From assembly GCA_963668315.1 (NCBI GenBank), contig OY764216.1, forward strand, positions 3,200,001-3,264,000: 64,000 nt of DNA, written 5' to 3'. A program made the position numbers and the translations under genes. The notes below the pieces were generated by a model, which saw only the letters and a list, made by a program, of their open reading frames with translations, made no database searches and had not been told where the DNA came from. Every line of letters begins with the position of its first letter. The stretch's first letter is position 1. This stretch comes from Spirochaetia bacterium. GTDB taxonomy: Bacteria; Spirochaetota; Spirochaetia; DSM-2461. This document shows, piece by piece, positions 19,234 through 29,019 of the stretch.

Positions 19234-21069
19234 ATGAAAAAGGATAACGAAAATTCCAACCTAAGAAATATAGCCATCATAGCCCACGTTGACCACGGTA
19301 AAACAACCCTTGTTGACGCTCTTTTCAAGCAGTCCGGTCTTTTCCGGGAAAACCAGGAGACCGAAGAACGTCTCATGGACAGCATGGATCTGGAAAGAGA
19401 GAGGGGCATCACCATAGCCGCGAAAAACTGTTCCATCAAATGGAAAGGTGTCAAGGTCAATATTCTTGATACTCCGGGCCATGCCGACTTCGGAGGCGAA
19501 GTGGAAAGGGCCCTCTCCATGGTGGACGGCGCCATTCTTCTGGTCGACTCTTCCGAAGGCCCTCTTCCCCAGACCCGTTTCGTTCTGGGAAAAGCGCTGA
19601 ACGCGGGACTGAAGATCATCGTCGTCATCAACAAAATAGACCGACCCGATGCACGCTGTCAGGAAGTTCTGAATGAGGTTTATGATCTCCTTATCGATCT
19701 TGATGCCGATGAGGAACAGCTGGAATTCCCCCTGTTCTACGCCAACGGGCGGGACGGCATTGCGGGGAAATCCCTCGATGAGCCGATGGAGAACCTTCAC
19801 GGTCTTCTGGATGCCATCGTGGAAGAGATTCCCGGACCCAGCTATGTGGAGAACGAGCCCTTTCAGATGATGGTTTCCGACCTCTCCTATTCTGATTATC
19901 TGGGCCGCCTGGCCGTAGGTAAGGTAGTGAACGGCAGCGTCAAAGCCCGGGACGGGCTGATCTGTCTGGGAGACGGGGGCAAACAGACTCCCCTTAACGT
20001 AACGAAAATCCAGGTTTACCAGGGTCCGAATCTGGTGGAGACCGAATCGGTGGAACCCGGTGAAATCGTCGTTCTCGCCGGTATCGATGATGTTTTTATC
20101 GGCGATACCATCTGTCACCGTTCCGATCCCAAGGCCCTGAAGAGACTCACTGTCGACGAGCCTACGGTCAGTATGCGCTTCACGCCCAATACCTCTCCCT
20201 TCCAGGGACAGGAGGGAAAACTGGTGCAGTCCAGCAAGATCCGTGAGAGACTCCAGAAAGAAACCATGCTCAACGTTTCCATTAAAGTGGAGGAAGATAC
20301 GAACGGGGAAGGTTTCATCGTCAAGGGCCGGGGCGAATTCCAGATGGTTATCCTGATCGAGACCATGAGACGGGAGGGCTTCGAACTCTGCGTGGGCCGT
20401 CCGGAAGTCATCTTCCATAAAAAGGACGGGAAAACCCTGGAGCCCATCGAGCATCTCTATGTGGATTGTGAAGAGGTCTACACCGGTATCGTCACGGAAA
20501 AGCTTTCCCAGAGAAAGGGCCGTATGCTCGCCTTCGTCAGCCATGAAAACGGTCGGGCGCGTCTGGAATTCTCCGTTCCTTCCCGGGCCCTTATCGGCTA
20601 CCGCGATGAATTTCTTACCGATACGAGGGGAACGGGTATCCTGAACTCCCTTATCAGCGGTTACGAAGAGTACCGGGGCGATTTCGCCGAGAGGCACACG
20701 GGCTCTCTTATCGGCGACCGTATCGGTGAAGCCGTTCCCTACGCGCTCTTTAACCTGGAGCCGAGGGGGGTACTTTTCATTACTCCCGGGGCGAGGGTTT
20801 ATGAGGGAATGATCGTAGGCGAGCACAACAGGGAGAATGACCTGAATGTTAACCCCTGCAAGACGAAAAAACTTACCAACATGCGGGCTTCCGGCAAGGA
20901 TGACGCGGTTGTTCTGACCCCCGTCATGCCCATGACGCTGGAAAGGGCCATCCAGTTTATCCGGGAGGATGAAATGGTTGAAGTAACGCCCCAGAATATC
21001 CGGCTCAGGAAAAGAACGCTCAGCGCAGCCGACCGGAAAGTGGAAAATAAGAAGGTCGGTGGAAAATAA
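19234..21069 (+). CDS. typA: translational GTPase TypA/BipA
   Basis: AHVDHGKTT, ERGITI, DTPGHADF, NKID, KKLTNMRASG, EVTPQNIRLRK. Confidence 0.97.
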   Translation: MKKDNENSNLRNIAIIAHVDHGKTTLVDALFKQSGLFRENQETEERLMDSMDLERERGITIAAKNCSIKWKGVKVNILDTPGHADFGGEVERALSMVDGAILLVDSSEGPLPQTRFVLGKALNAGLKIIVVINKIDRPDARCQEVLNEVYDLLIDLDADEEQLEFPLFYANGRDGIAGKSLDEPMENLHGLLDAIVEEIPGPSYVENEPFQMMVSDLSYSDYLGRLAVGKVVNGSVKARDGLICLGDGGKQTPLNVTKIQVYQGPNLVETESVEPGEIVVLAGIDDVFIGDTICHRSDPKALKRLTVDEPTVSMRFTPNTSPFQGQEGKLVQSSKIRERLQKETMLNVSIKVEEDTNGEGFIVKGRGEFQMVILIETMRREGFELCVGRPEVIFHKKDGKTLEPIEHLYVDCEEVYTGIVTEKLSQRKGRMLAFVSHENGRARLEFSVPSRALIGYRDEFLTDTRGTGILNSLISGYEEYRGDFAERHTGSLIGDRIGEAVPYALFNLEPRGVLFITPGARVYEGMIVGEHNRENDLNVNPCKTKKLTNMRASGKDDAVVLTPVMPMTLERAIQFIREDEMVEVTPQNIRLRKRTLSAADRKVENKKVGGK

Positions 21070-21094
21070 AAGGGTCTGGTGATAGAATAGTTCC

Positions 21095-21790
21095 ATGAAA
21101 AGAAGAATTATTATTTCCTTACTGACTCTCCTGATGGCCGCCTCCTGTGTTACAACGGGCGGTCAGGGAAAAATCTCCCTGACCGGAACGGGAACCGTGG
21201 CGGCCGTCCCGGACAGGGCGGGCTTTGACCTGAACTTCAGGGAATCGGGAGACACGACCGCTGAAGCCAGGGACAGGGTGAATGTTCTCGTCGATCGATC
21301 TCTCGCTGTGATCAGCGGGGAGGGAATCGCTCCGGAAAACATCAGAACCACCGGTATCAGCTATTATCAGAAAACACGCTGGGACGATGGGAAGGAAGTT
21401 TTTCTGGGGCAGGAAGCCGTCCAGACTCTGAGCATCACCGTGGATCTTGAGGAAAAAGCGGCGAATCTCAACCGGCTCATCGACAGCCTGGCCGAAATAG
21501 ACGGCATCGGTGTCGGGGGATTGACCTTTGAGGTCTCCCGTTCCAGCTCCTTCAGGGAGGAAGCCCGCCGTCTGGCCTTTGAGAATGCCCGAATGAGGGC
21601 GGAGCAGTACGCGGCTCTTGCCGGCAGGAAACTGGGAAAAGTCCTAACCCTGACGGAACAGCGCAGTTCGGCGGCTCCCATACGCTACTCCCTTATGGAA
21701 AAGGCCGCGGCCGACGGTCCGGCTACCCAGGTTCAGACCGGCTTGAATGAAATTACCGTTGTCATAGAAGTGGAATTCGAGTTAGAATAG
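21095..21790 (+). CDS. SIMPL (DUF541) domain lipoprotein
   Basis: Lipobox AASC; GTGTVAAVPD, AFENARMRAEQYA. Confidence 0.85.
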   Translation: MKRRIIISLLTLLMAASCVTTGGQGKISLTGTGTVAAVPDRAGFDLNFRESGDTTAEARDRVNVLVDRSLAVISGEGIAPENIRTTGISYYQKTRWDDGKEVFLGQEAVQTLSITVDLEEKAANLNRLIDSLAEIDGIGVGGLTFEVSRSSSFREEARRLAFENARMRAEQYAALAGRKLGKVLTLTEQRSSAAPIRYSLMEKAAADGPATQVQTGLNEITVVIEVEFELE

Positions 21791-21793
21791 CCC

Positions 21794-22816
21794 ATGGAAT
21801 CGGTTCAGACAATACAATTCGGTACGGCACAATCACTCATTTCCCTGGCTTCTCCCGCTGAAATACGGGATAGGATCGCTGATCTTTATGTGGCCGATGG
21901 CAACACGGCGGAATTCCTTTCGGATAAGCAAAGGGAATGCGCCGTGATTCTGCCTCCGGGGGAGTCGGAGAAAACCTTTACGTCCATAGAAAAGATTATT
22001 GCCCGGGCGGTTGAACTGAAGCTGGACAGAAGTTCTCTCATTCTGGGGCTGGGGGGGGGAGTCATCTGCGATATGACCGCCTTCGCCGCGTCCCTCTATA
22101 TGCGCGGATGCCGGGTAGAACTTGTCCCCACCTCTCTGCTGGCTATGGTTGATGCCTCCGTAGGCGGTAAAACCGGAGTGGATTACGGGGCCTTCAAGAA
22201 TATGATAGGAACCTTCTATCCGGCGGAGCAGGTGATCCTCTGTCCCGAATATGTAGCCACGCTGCCGCAGAAAGAGTTTTTATGCGGTCTGGCAGAAGCC
22301 ATAAAAACGGCTCTTCTCGGAGATCTTGAGATGCTGGAGCTTCTGGAGAGTGAAAAGAAGACCGTTTTGGAGAGAGACCCTTCTCTCGTTAAGGAGCTTA
22401 TCGTCCGCTGCGTCCGTTTTAAGGGACGGATCGTGGAGGAGGACCTGAAGGAGAACGGCGTGCGTGCCTGCCTCAACCTGGGGCACACGTTCGGCCATGC
22501 CCTCGAATCGGTAACGGGATTTTCTCGGGTGAGCCACGGGGAAGGCGTTGCCTGGGGTATCGCCAAAGCCGCCAAGGCAGCCTACAGCCGGGGGGATATC
22601 GGATCGGATTATCATGACAGGATTATTCGTCTTCTTGAAGGTTATGGTTATAATCTTTCCTACGATATCTCATCTGATGACCTGATGGAAGCCATGGGGC
22701 ATGATAAAAAGATCCGGGGTGGACAGAAACGATTCATTCTGCCATCCGGTCCGGGAAAGTTTACCATAACGCCCCTCGATGAGGAATTTGTCAGAGACAT
22801 TGTATCCCGGCCGTAA
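21794..22816 (+). CDS. aroB: 3-dehydroquinate synthase
   Basis: GGGVICD, YMRG, PTSLLAMVDASVGGKTG, LNLGHTFGHA, HGEGV, DKK. Confidence 0.93.
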   Translation: MESVQTIQFGTAQSLISLASPAEIRDRIADLYVADGNTAEFLSDKQRECAVILPPGESEKTFTSIEKIIARAVELKLDRSSLILGLGGGVICDMTAFAASLYMRGCRVELVPTSLLAMVDASVGGKTGVDYGAFKNMIGTFYPAEQVILCPEYVATLPQKEFLCGLAEAIKTALLGDLEMLELLESEKKTVLERDPSLVKELIVRCVRFKGRIVEEDLKENGVRACLNLGHTFGHALESVTGFSRVSHGEGVAWGIAKAAKAAYSRGDIGSDYHDRIIRLLEGYGYNLSYDISSDDLMEAMGHDKKIRGGQKRFILPSGPGKFTITPLDEEFVRDIVSRP

Positions 22817-22837
22817 CGGGAGATCAGGAGACAATCC

Positions 22838-23362
22838 ATGAAAGCTTATTTTCTATTTGCTCTGGTTCTGGTAATCGGTGCCGGCTGTACAACCTATCAG
22901 CCGGAGGAATCTTCCCCTTCGGAGGAATCGGCGGGGGTGGTGAACGGAATAGGGGAAAACGTACCTCAAGGGGAAGTCTCCGAATCCTCTTCCCTCCTGA
23001 AGGAAAGGGGGTTTGAGGAGGCCGGAATAGGGTTTACCGGTCCGGCGGATAAAGAGTACCGCTCTTTTTTCAGCTGGGACGAGATGGCTGCCTATATCCC
23101 TCCCGAGGATATGTTCACCCCGATCGATTTTTCCACAGATATGGTACTGGCCTGTTTCATGGGGGAGAAGCCAACCGGCGGTTATATGAATTTGATTACC
23201 CGCCTTGAGGAGAGTTCCGATTCTCTGACCGTCTATGTTCAGATTGAGAAACCCCGGGAGGGGGATCTGGTCGCCCAGATGGTCACCTATCCCTGGTATG
23301 CCGTTGTCACGGAAATCACCGATAAGAAAATTGTCTGGGATGAGATCAGGGCAAACCGCTGA
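22838..23362 (+). CDS. lipoprotein with PrcB C-terminal-like domain
   Basis: Lipobox GAGC; GEKPTGGY and AQMVTYPW motifs. Confidence 0.75.
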   Translation: MKAYFLFALVLVIGAGCTTYQPEESSPSEESAGVVNGIGENVPQGEVSESSSLLKERGFEEAGIGFTGPADKEYRSFFSWDEMAAYIPPEDMFTPIDFSTDMVLACFMGEKPTGGYMNLITRLEESSDSLTVYVQIEKPREGDLVAQMVTYPWYAVVTEITDKKIVWDEIRANR

Positions 23363-24650
23363 TCAGGGCGGCCTGTTCCGTATACCATTCGACAAGACCG
23401 GGAAAATCCCCGGGAGGACTGAGAATCGGCGACATCCCGATAATCTGCATGTGGTCCATGGGATACAGCTCTCCCCGGTAATTCCACACTCCTTTGGGAG
23501 GCGTCCCCAGGCCGTTCCAGTTTTTAATCACATCCCGGCTGTTGAGAGTAGGCCCTTTCATCGATCGTGTGTTGGCCGCTCCGTCATTGGGAAGCCATGT
23601 TTCGTCGATCTGTATCAGGGAAGAGCGGTAGCCTGTATAATGGCTTAGTATATCGCTGAGGGGGATAAGGGGGAGGCTTATGAGAGGATTGGGACGGTTC
23701 TCTCCCCGTCCGTTCTCATAGGTAATACGCGTTCCCCAGGAGAAGTAATATATGCCGGGCCGGGCTTCGACCCATCCGTTTGTCTCCCAGGCCCCTTCCG
23801 GCGCCAGATCAAAATCGGCGAAATCCTTGTTTGTCCATTCCCAGTCCCTTCGGGAGAGGAACTCCTTGATTCTCATCTCATATTGGAGGGAATCCTCCCC
23901 ATCCCTTTTCTGCGTCCATTCCCACTGATCGAGATTCATATCATTATGAATCAGAAAGTCATCGTCCCACTTAATGAGAAAGTCCACCGCCAGACTTGAA
24001 ATGAGATCGCGCTGACGGTAGCTGGTCATCTCGTATGTCAGGGTAGAGCCGTCATGGGGGGTCGATAAGGTCGTTATCGACTTGATCCACTCCTTTTTCC
24101 CATTGAACAGGGGACTGACCTCTTCTCCCGAAGCGTTTCTCTCCTCCTCACTGCCTTCTGAAAGCAGCTGGGCAACCATGCGGGCGGTTGTCCCTCCCAT
24201 GCTGTGGGCAATGATGTGAATTCTGCGGATCTCTCCGGTCGCCGGATCGATGGTCCCCCATTCGGGATAGATCCCCTCATAGGTTCTTCCGTAGCGGCTG
24301 TGTTCTGCTTTAAGGCTGTGCTCTTCCCCGTAATCAACCGTACCCCCCTTAAGGTAGGCGAAAAACTCGCAGCTCCTGTCCCAGTTGCTGCTCAGGGGAC
24401 CCACGCTGGCTGTACGGACATCATATCCGGCGTAACGTAGTTCCGCTTCAAGATTCGTACGGCCGCCCCAATACCAGAAATTGTCATAATTATCCTTGGC
24501 GAAACCGTTAAGGCCGTGCAGGAGGATAATCGGTTCACTGTTTTTCCATTCAAAAGAGGCGGGATGGGGATTTTCCGGTTCAGTTGTGGAACAGGATATG
24601 ACAGTTGCTGTTATCAAAGCGAGGTAGAAGGTCTTGAGAGTATTCTGCAT
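23346..24650 (-). CDS. lipoprotein lipase (family I.5/I.6-like)
   Basis: MQNTLK..VISC lipobox; LHGLNG, SSNWDRSCE, GGTVDYG, AHSMGG, NDG, DH. ATG 24650 preferred over the track start 24689. Confidence 0.88.
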   Translation of the reverse strand: MQNTLKTFYLALITATVISCSTTEPENPHPASFEWKNSEPIILLHGLNGFAKDNYDNFWYWGGRTNLEAELRYAGYDVRTASVGPLSSNWDRSCEFFAYLKGGTVDYGEEHSLKAEHSRYGRTYEGIYPEWGTIDPATGEIRRIHIIAHSMGGTTARMVAQLLSEGSEEERNASGEEVSPLFNGKKEWIKSITTLSTPHDGSTLTYEMTSYRQRDLISSLAVDFLIKWDDDFLIHNDMNLDQWEWTQKRDGEDSLQYEMRIKEFLSRRDWEWTNKDFADFDLAPEGAWETNGWVEARPGIYYFSWGTRITYENGRGENRPNPLISLPLIPLSDILSHYTGYRSSLIQIDETWLPNDGAANTRSMKGPTLNSRDVIKNWNGLGTPPKGVWNYRGELYPMDHMQIIGMSPILSPPGDFPGLVEWYTEQAALISGLP

Positions 24651-24751
24651 GGCCCTATGATATCCGTATCGCCGGTATTTTTCCAGCAAACGATTGATAA
24701 AATCCTCAAATAGCTCTATTTTAAAGGGAACTGTGATCTAAGGAGCCCCAT

Positions 24752-26692
24752 GTGAATCGTATTTTCCAGAGAAAAAATCTTTCCCTTGCCTTACCTGTTT
24801 TCGGGGAGATTCTGTTTCTCATCCTCTCTTTGGTTTTCATGCCCCCCTACGCCTGGAAGACCGGAGCGGGCATTATTTCTGTTGTCGCCCGGCTGCTCAT
24901 CATTGCGGCGCTCCTGGGGGGGATTCTGAGGTTTACCAATGAAAAAAAACGTCCCGATTCACGATTTTATGATAACTGGCGTCTCTTCACAGGTTATGTC
25001 ATCATTCTTACCTACGTATTTACCATCCTTCCCCAGGTCGTTGTGGAATTCCATCATGTGGAAGGCCTCGGCGGCTTCTATACGGTATGGACGGTACTGA
25101 CCTCCCTGTGGCCGGCTCTCCTCTGGATTCTCATGGGACGGGACGCCTATTGCCTTGCCTGGGGATATTCCGAGAAAGAACTCAGGGAAAGAAAGGAGAT
25201 TCATAAGGATAAGCAGAAGAAAAAGGCGTGGCAGAAGGAGAAGAAAGCTCAGAGGAACATCTGGGGGAATCTATGGGCCGAGTGGGTGGAACCTCTGGTC
25301 GGCGCCGTCTGCTGGGTACTGGTTATCAATCATTTCATTTTTCAGCTCTACCAGATCCCTTCTGAGTCCCTCTTTCCCACTTTCCAGGTGGGAGACCGTG
25401 TTCTGGTGGAAAAGCTGCGCTATGCCCCTAATGTCCCTTTGACGAAGTATAAACTCCCCCGGGTCGCTAAACCGAAAATCGGGGAAATTATCATTTTCAC
25501 GAACCCCAAGATGGAAGATCCCGAATCGGATTATTACTATAATTCCGTATTTTCCCGGGTGTTCAAAACCTTTGTCTATATGATTACCCTGACTAATGTG
25601 GATATCGACCGAATGCCCGACGGCTCCCAGAAGGAGAGTATGCTGGTCAAGCGTTATATCGCGGGGGAGGGGGAGAAGGTCTGCCTTCTGAACGACCGGG
25701 TCTATAAGAAAACGGCCGACTCCGGCTGGGTGGCCATGGAGGATATGGAAGGATTGAGGGAATTCGGCAAAGTGGGGCTGTTCCTTACCGATGAACCGAA
25801 ACTGCAGAGACAGTTCGAGACCAAGGACACAAGAGAGCTTTATCTTGCCGCGGCCGACAGGGTTGAGACCTGGTCTCTCGATAGCCTTCAGAGGTTATAC
25901 CACAAGGAGAGGGCAGATTTCCTGAACAATTATGAAGGGGGCAACGGCACGGATTTTCTCGGGAAGACCGGTAATTATCTGGCCAACAGGGATCCCCTGT
26001 CGGTGAAGCAGAACTTATACAACTTTTCCACCTTTCTTTATAACCGTTCAAGGCTGATGAATCTTTCCGCCCAGGATAGAGACTATCTTTATACCAATTG
26101 GCGGATTCTCATTCAGAACTACGGGTCCACGGTTCTTTACGACGAGATTTCCGATCTGTCCGCGTTTCTTGAGAAGGAGGGGGAGCATCCCGGCTACCTG
26201 GAAGAGCAGCTGGATTATGAAGGATCTCTTTCATCCGATCCCTCTCCCTATGAAGACTTTATGGTCCGCCTGAATCTGCTCTACAAGTGTCTGCGCCTCT
26301 CGCTCTATAACGAGCTTGCCGAGGGGACTCTGAATCTGGATAATCCCGACCTCGCTTCCGATACCCTCAAGGGTCTGACGGAGATTGCCGTGTATACCAA
26401 GGGAATTGGAATTTTCACACCCTTTGACGAGGCCAATTTTCCCGAATATCCCGCCGAAGCGGGGAACTACATCCCCGAGGACGAGTTTTTTGTCCTCGGA
26501 GACAACCGCTATGACTCTCTCGATTCCCGTCTGGGAGGGGATTATGTCTTTTTCTCCGTCGATCCTCTGGACCAGGGAGATTTTGCCTGTACCGCCGGTG
26601 AAAGCTGGGAGCCCCATACCATTCCCCTGAATCTTGTACACGGACGCTTGAGGATTCTCCTCTTTCCCTTCGGAAGGATGAAGATCTTCTAG
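24752..26692 (+). CDS. lepB: signal peptidase I, large multi-TM form
   Basis: YQIPSESLFPT (Ser), GDRVLV, LVKR (Lys), LGDNRYDSLDSR. Confidence 0.85.
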   Translation: MNRIFQRKNLSLALPVFGEILFLILSLVFMPPYAWKTGAGIISVVARLLIIAALLGGILRFTNEKKRPDSRFYDNWRLFTGYVIILTYVFTILPQVVVEFHHVEGLGGFYTVWTVLTSLWPALLWILMGRDAYCLAWGYSEKELRERKEIHKDKQKKKAWQKEKKAQRNIWGNLWAEWVEPLVGAVCWVLVINHFIFQLYQIPSESLFPTFQVGDRVLVEKLRYAPNVPLTKYKLPRVAKPKIGEIIIFTNPKMEDPESDYYYNSVFSRVFKTFVYMITLTNVDIDRMPDGSQKESMLVKRYIAGEGEKVCLLNDRVYKKTADSGWVAMEDMEGLREFGKVGLFLTDEPKLQRQFETKDTRELYLAAADRVETWSLDSLQRLYHKERADFLNNYEGGNGTDFLGKTGNYLANRDPLSVKQNLYNFSTFLYNRSRLMNLSAQDRDYLYTNWRILIQNYGSTVLYDEISDLSAFLEKEGEHPGYLEEQLDYEGSLSSDPSPYEDFMVRLNLLYKCLRLSLYNELAEGTLNLDNPDLASDTLKGLTEIAVYTKGIGIFTPFDEANFPEYPAEAGNYIPEDEFFVLGDNRYDSLDSRLGGDYVFFSVDPLDQGDFACTAGESWEPHTIPLNLVHGRLRILLFPFGRMKIF

Positions 26693-26701
26693 CAAAAGCA
26701 T

Positions 26702-26730
26702 CAACCGGGAACGTGAAATGCTCCCGGTTG
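26702..26730. terminator. hairpin terminator between convergent genes
   Basis: Perfect 9-bp stem CAACCGGGA/TCCCGGTTG; T-run follows on the minus strand. Confidence 0.6.
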
Positions 26731-26741
26731 GCAAAATCCCT

Positions 26742-27875
26742 TTAGAGGGGGGTCAGATCAAATCCGGTCAGTTTTCCCGAAAGCCATGCAGGGATTTCGG
26801 GAAGAAGGGAGTTGTAGTACTCTATGACGGAGGAAAAGCTTCCTGTAAAATGACAGGCCGTTCCCGCCGCCAGCGTAGCGGTTCCGGCGGTGATCAGTTT
26901 TTTTCCCGTATCGTTGTGTTCCAGACAGAAATTTATCATATCGAGAACCGCGCCATAGAGATCGGCGGTCGAGGCGGAATATTTTTCTTCGATCATGCTT
27001 TTCAGTTGAAGGTAAACCGGGGAATGGGCGTCATCCTTTAGAGACAGTTCCTCAAGAAGAGTCAGAAGGGCTGGGAAAAGTTCCGCCGGATTGTTCCTGT
27101 CCTTGAAAAGGCTGTAGAACTCGGCCGCAGAGGAGCAGACATTCCTGAGAATCTGGAATTCGGAGGAATCTTTCCATAGTTTCAACTGCTTTTCCATGGC
27201 CTTCGATCCCGCCAGGAAGAGGACTTTTCCCGGAATGGTTATCCAGGGACGGGTTCCGAATCGTGCCGCTGTGGCTCCCGCCGCTGTGGCCGCACTGAAT
27301 CCGACGTACCATCGGACGGAACTCCATGTAAAGTCCTTTTCAAAGGCTCCCTTCGTAAGGGCCGTTTCCCCGGGGATAAGGCTCAGGGTAATGTTCTCCA
27401 CGCCGCCTATGGAATCGATGTAGCCTCTGACATCCGCCGATGAGCTCCCGATAAAGGCACTTATCTCTTCCCGGTATTCACGGGAAAGATCCGGTGATAG
27501 GGCCTCCATCCTTTCAATTACCCTTCCCACCGTCGCCCCGGTGTACATCGCTTCTATCAGGGCCATCTGCTCCTCTCCCTGCTCCTCTTCTTCGGAGACA
27601 AGCTTCAGGTAGGATTCGGGGGCTTCCAGAAAAGACTGTACTTGAGAGGCCGATTCTCCGCTGCCCATAAGTTCATCCTCTGCCGGTAACCCTTCCAGTC
27701 CCTCTAGCAGACCTGCCTCTTGCAGGTTTCTCACCGAGAGACTGATTTCCTCAAGGGGAGTCGATGGGAGAGAGGAATCATTTCCCCCCTGCATCGAGCA
27801 TGAGCTGATGAGAACAATCATCAGTAGCGCCAACGTGTTTGCCGGGAACGTTAAACCCGATTTTTTCTTGAACAT
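26742..27875 (-). CDS. hypothetical lipoprotein
   Basis: Lipobox ISSC; AAGGAG SD; 377-aa ORF. Confidence 0.75.
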   Translation of the reverse strand: MFKKKSGLTFPANTLALLMIVLISSCSMQGGNDSSLPSTPLEEISLSVRNLQEAGLLEGLEGLPAEDELMGSGESASQVQSFLEAPESYLKLVSEEEEQGEEQMALIEAMYTGATVGRVIERMEALSPDLSREYREEISAFIGSSSADVRGYIDSIGGVENITLSLIPGETALTKGAFEKDFTWSSVRWYVGFSAATAAGATAARFGTRPWITIPGKVLFLAGSKAMEKQLKLWKDSSEFQILRNVCSSAAEFYSLFKDRNNPAELFPALLTLLEELSLKDDAHSPVYLQLKSMIEEKYSASTADLYGAVLDMINFCLEHNDTGKKLITAGTATLAAGTACHFTGSFSSVIEYYNSLLPEIPAWLSGKLTGFDLTPL

Positions 27876-28032
27876 ATATTACTCCTTGCCGGAAGGGAGG
27901 GGGATTTTTTCCCCTTTTCTCAGAAAGAAGAGGATCGGTGGAAAATCGCTGCCCGAATCACGCTGTGTTGACATCCCGGAGGAATCATTCCAATATAGAA
28001 GGGATTAAGAAAAAGGACAGGGGAGGAATACT

Positions 28033-29019
28033 ATGAGAAAAATTCGCTGGGGACTTATCGGCTGCGGAGACATCTCCCGTAAACGGGTCGCCCCTGCTCT
28101 GCGAGATCTGGACTGCTGTGATTTTCAGGCTGTGGCCAGAGCGGACAGTGACAGGGCCGCGTCCTTCGCCCGGGAATTCGGGGCGGCGAAATGGTTCGGT
28201 TCCTGGAGGGAGCTCATCGGAGACAGGGATATTGATGCGGTCTATATTGCCACCCCCGTATCACTTCATAGCGAGCAGACAATCGCCTCCGCCATGGCAG
28301 GAAAGCATGTCCTCTGCGAAAAGCCGATGGGCCTGAACGTCAAAGAGTGCGACTCCATGATTCAAGCCTGCGACAACCATCATGTTTCTCTGGGACTGGC
28401 CTATTACCGCCATTTTTATCCTTTGGTTAAACGGGTGAAGGAGATCATGGCGGCAAAGGAGATAGGGGAGCCTTGTATGGCTGATATACAGGCCTTTGAA
28501 TGGTTTGACAGAAAACCGGGTGATCCCAGGGCCTGGCTGCTGGAGAAGGAGAAATCCGGGGGAGGTCCCATGATGGATTTCGGATGCCACAGGATTGAAG
28601 TTCTGCAAAATCTGTTCGGTCCCGTCCGTGATATACAGGCGGGTTTATTCAATCTTGCCCTAAAAGAACGGGATGTGGAAGATACGGCGGTTGTTTCCCT
28701 TCTTTTTGAATCTTCCGTTCAGGCCAGCCTCCGGGTCACCCATGCGTCTTTTGAATCCAGGGATACCCTGGATATATTCGGCACAAAGGGAAGTCTGCAT
28801 ATCCCCGTTTTGAATGGAGATACTTTGATCATAAAAACGAATGGGGGAGAAAGGATTGAGAAAATTCCGCCCCATGAAAATGTTCATCTTCCTCTGATTG
28901 AAGATTTTACCCATGCCCTGCTGGAGAAAAGAAAGCCCCTTGTGGACGGTTTGATCGGAAGAGAAGTCAGCCTTGTTCTGGACAGGATATACGGGAGGCC
29001 GGAAATTGATAAAACCTGA
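28033..29019 (+). CDS. Gfo/Idh/MocA oxidoreductase
   Basis: GLIGCGDI, YIATP, HVLCEKP, GGGPMMDFGCH; TTGACA-17-CAATAT upstream. Confidence 0.92.
   Translation: MRKIRWGLIGCGDISRKRVAPALRDLDCCDFQAVARADSDRAASFAREFGAAKWFGSWRELIGDRDIDAVYIATPVSLHSEQTIASAMAGKHVLCEKPMGLNVKECDSMIQACDNHHVSLGLAYYRHFYPLVKRVKEIMAAKEIGEPCMADIQAFEWFDRKPGDPRAWLLEKEKSGGGPMMDFGCHRIEVLQNLFGPVRDIQAGLFNLALKERDVEDTAVVSLLFESSVQASLRVTHASFESRDTLDIFGTKGSLHIPVLNGDTLIIKTNGGERIEKIPPHENVHLPLIEDFTHALLEKRKPLVDGLIGREVSLVLDRIYGRPEIDKT

Noticed and set aside
22051..22059. G9 run in aroB as a phase-variation tract
   Set aside because: Encodes the conserved GGG motif of a housekeeping enzyme
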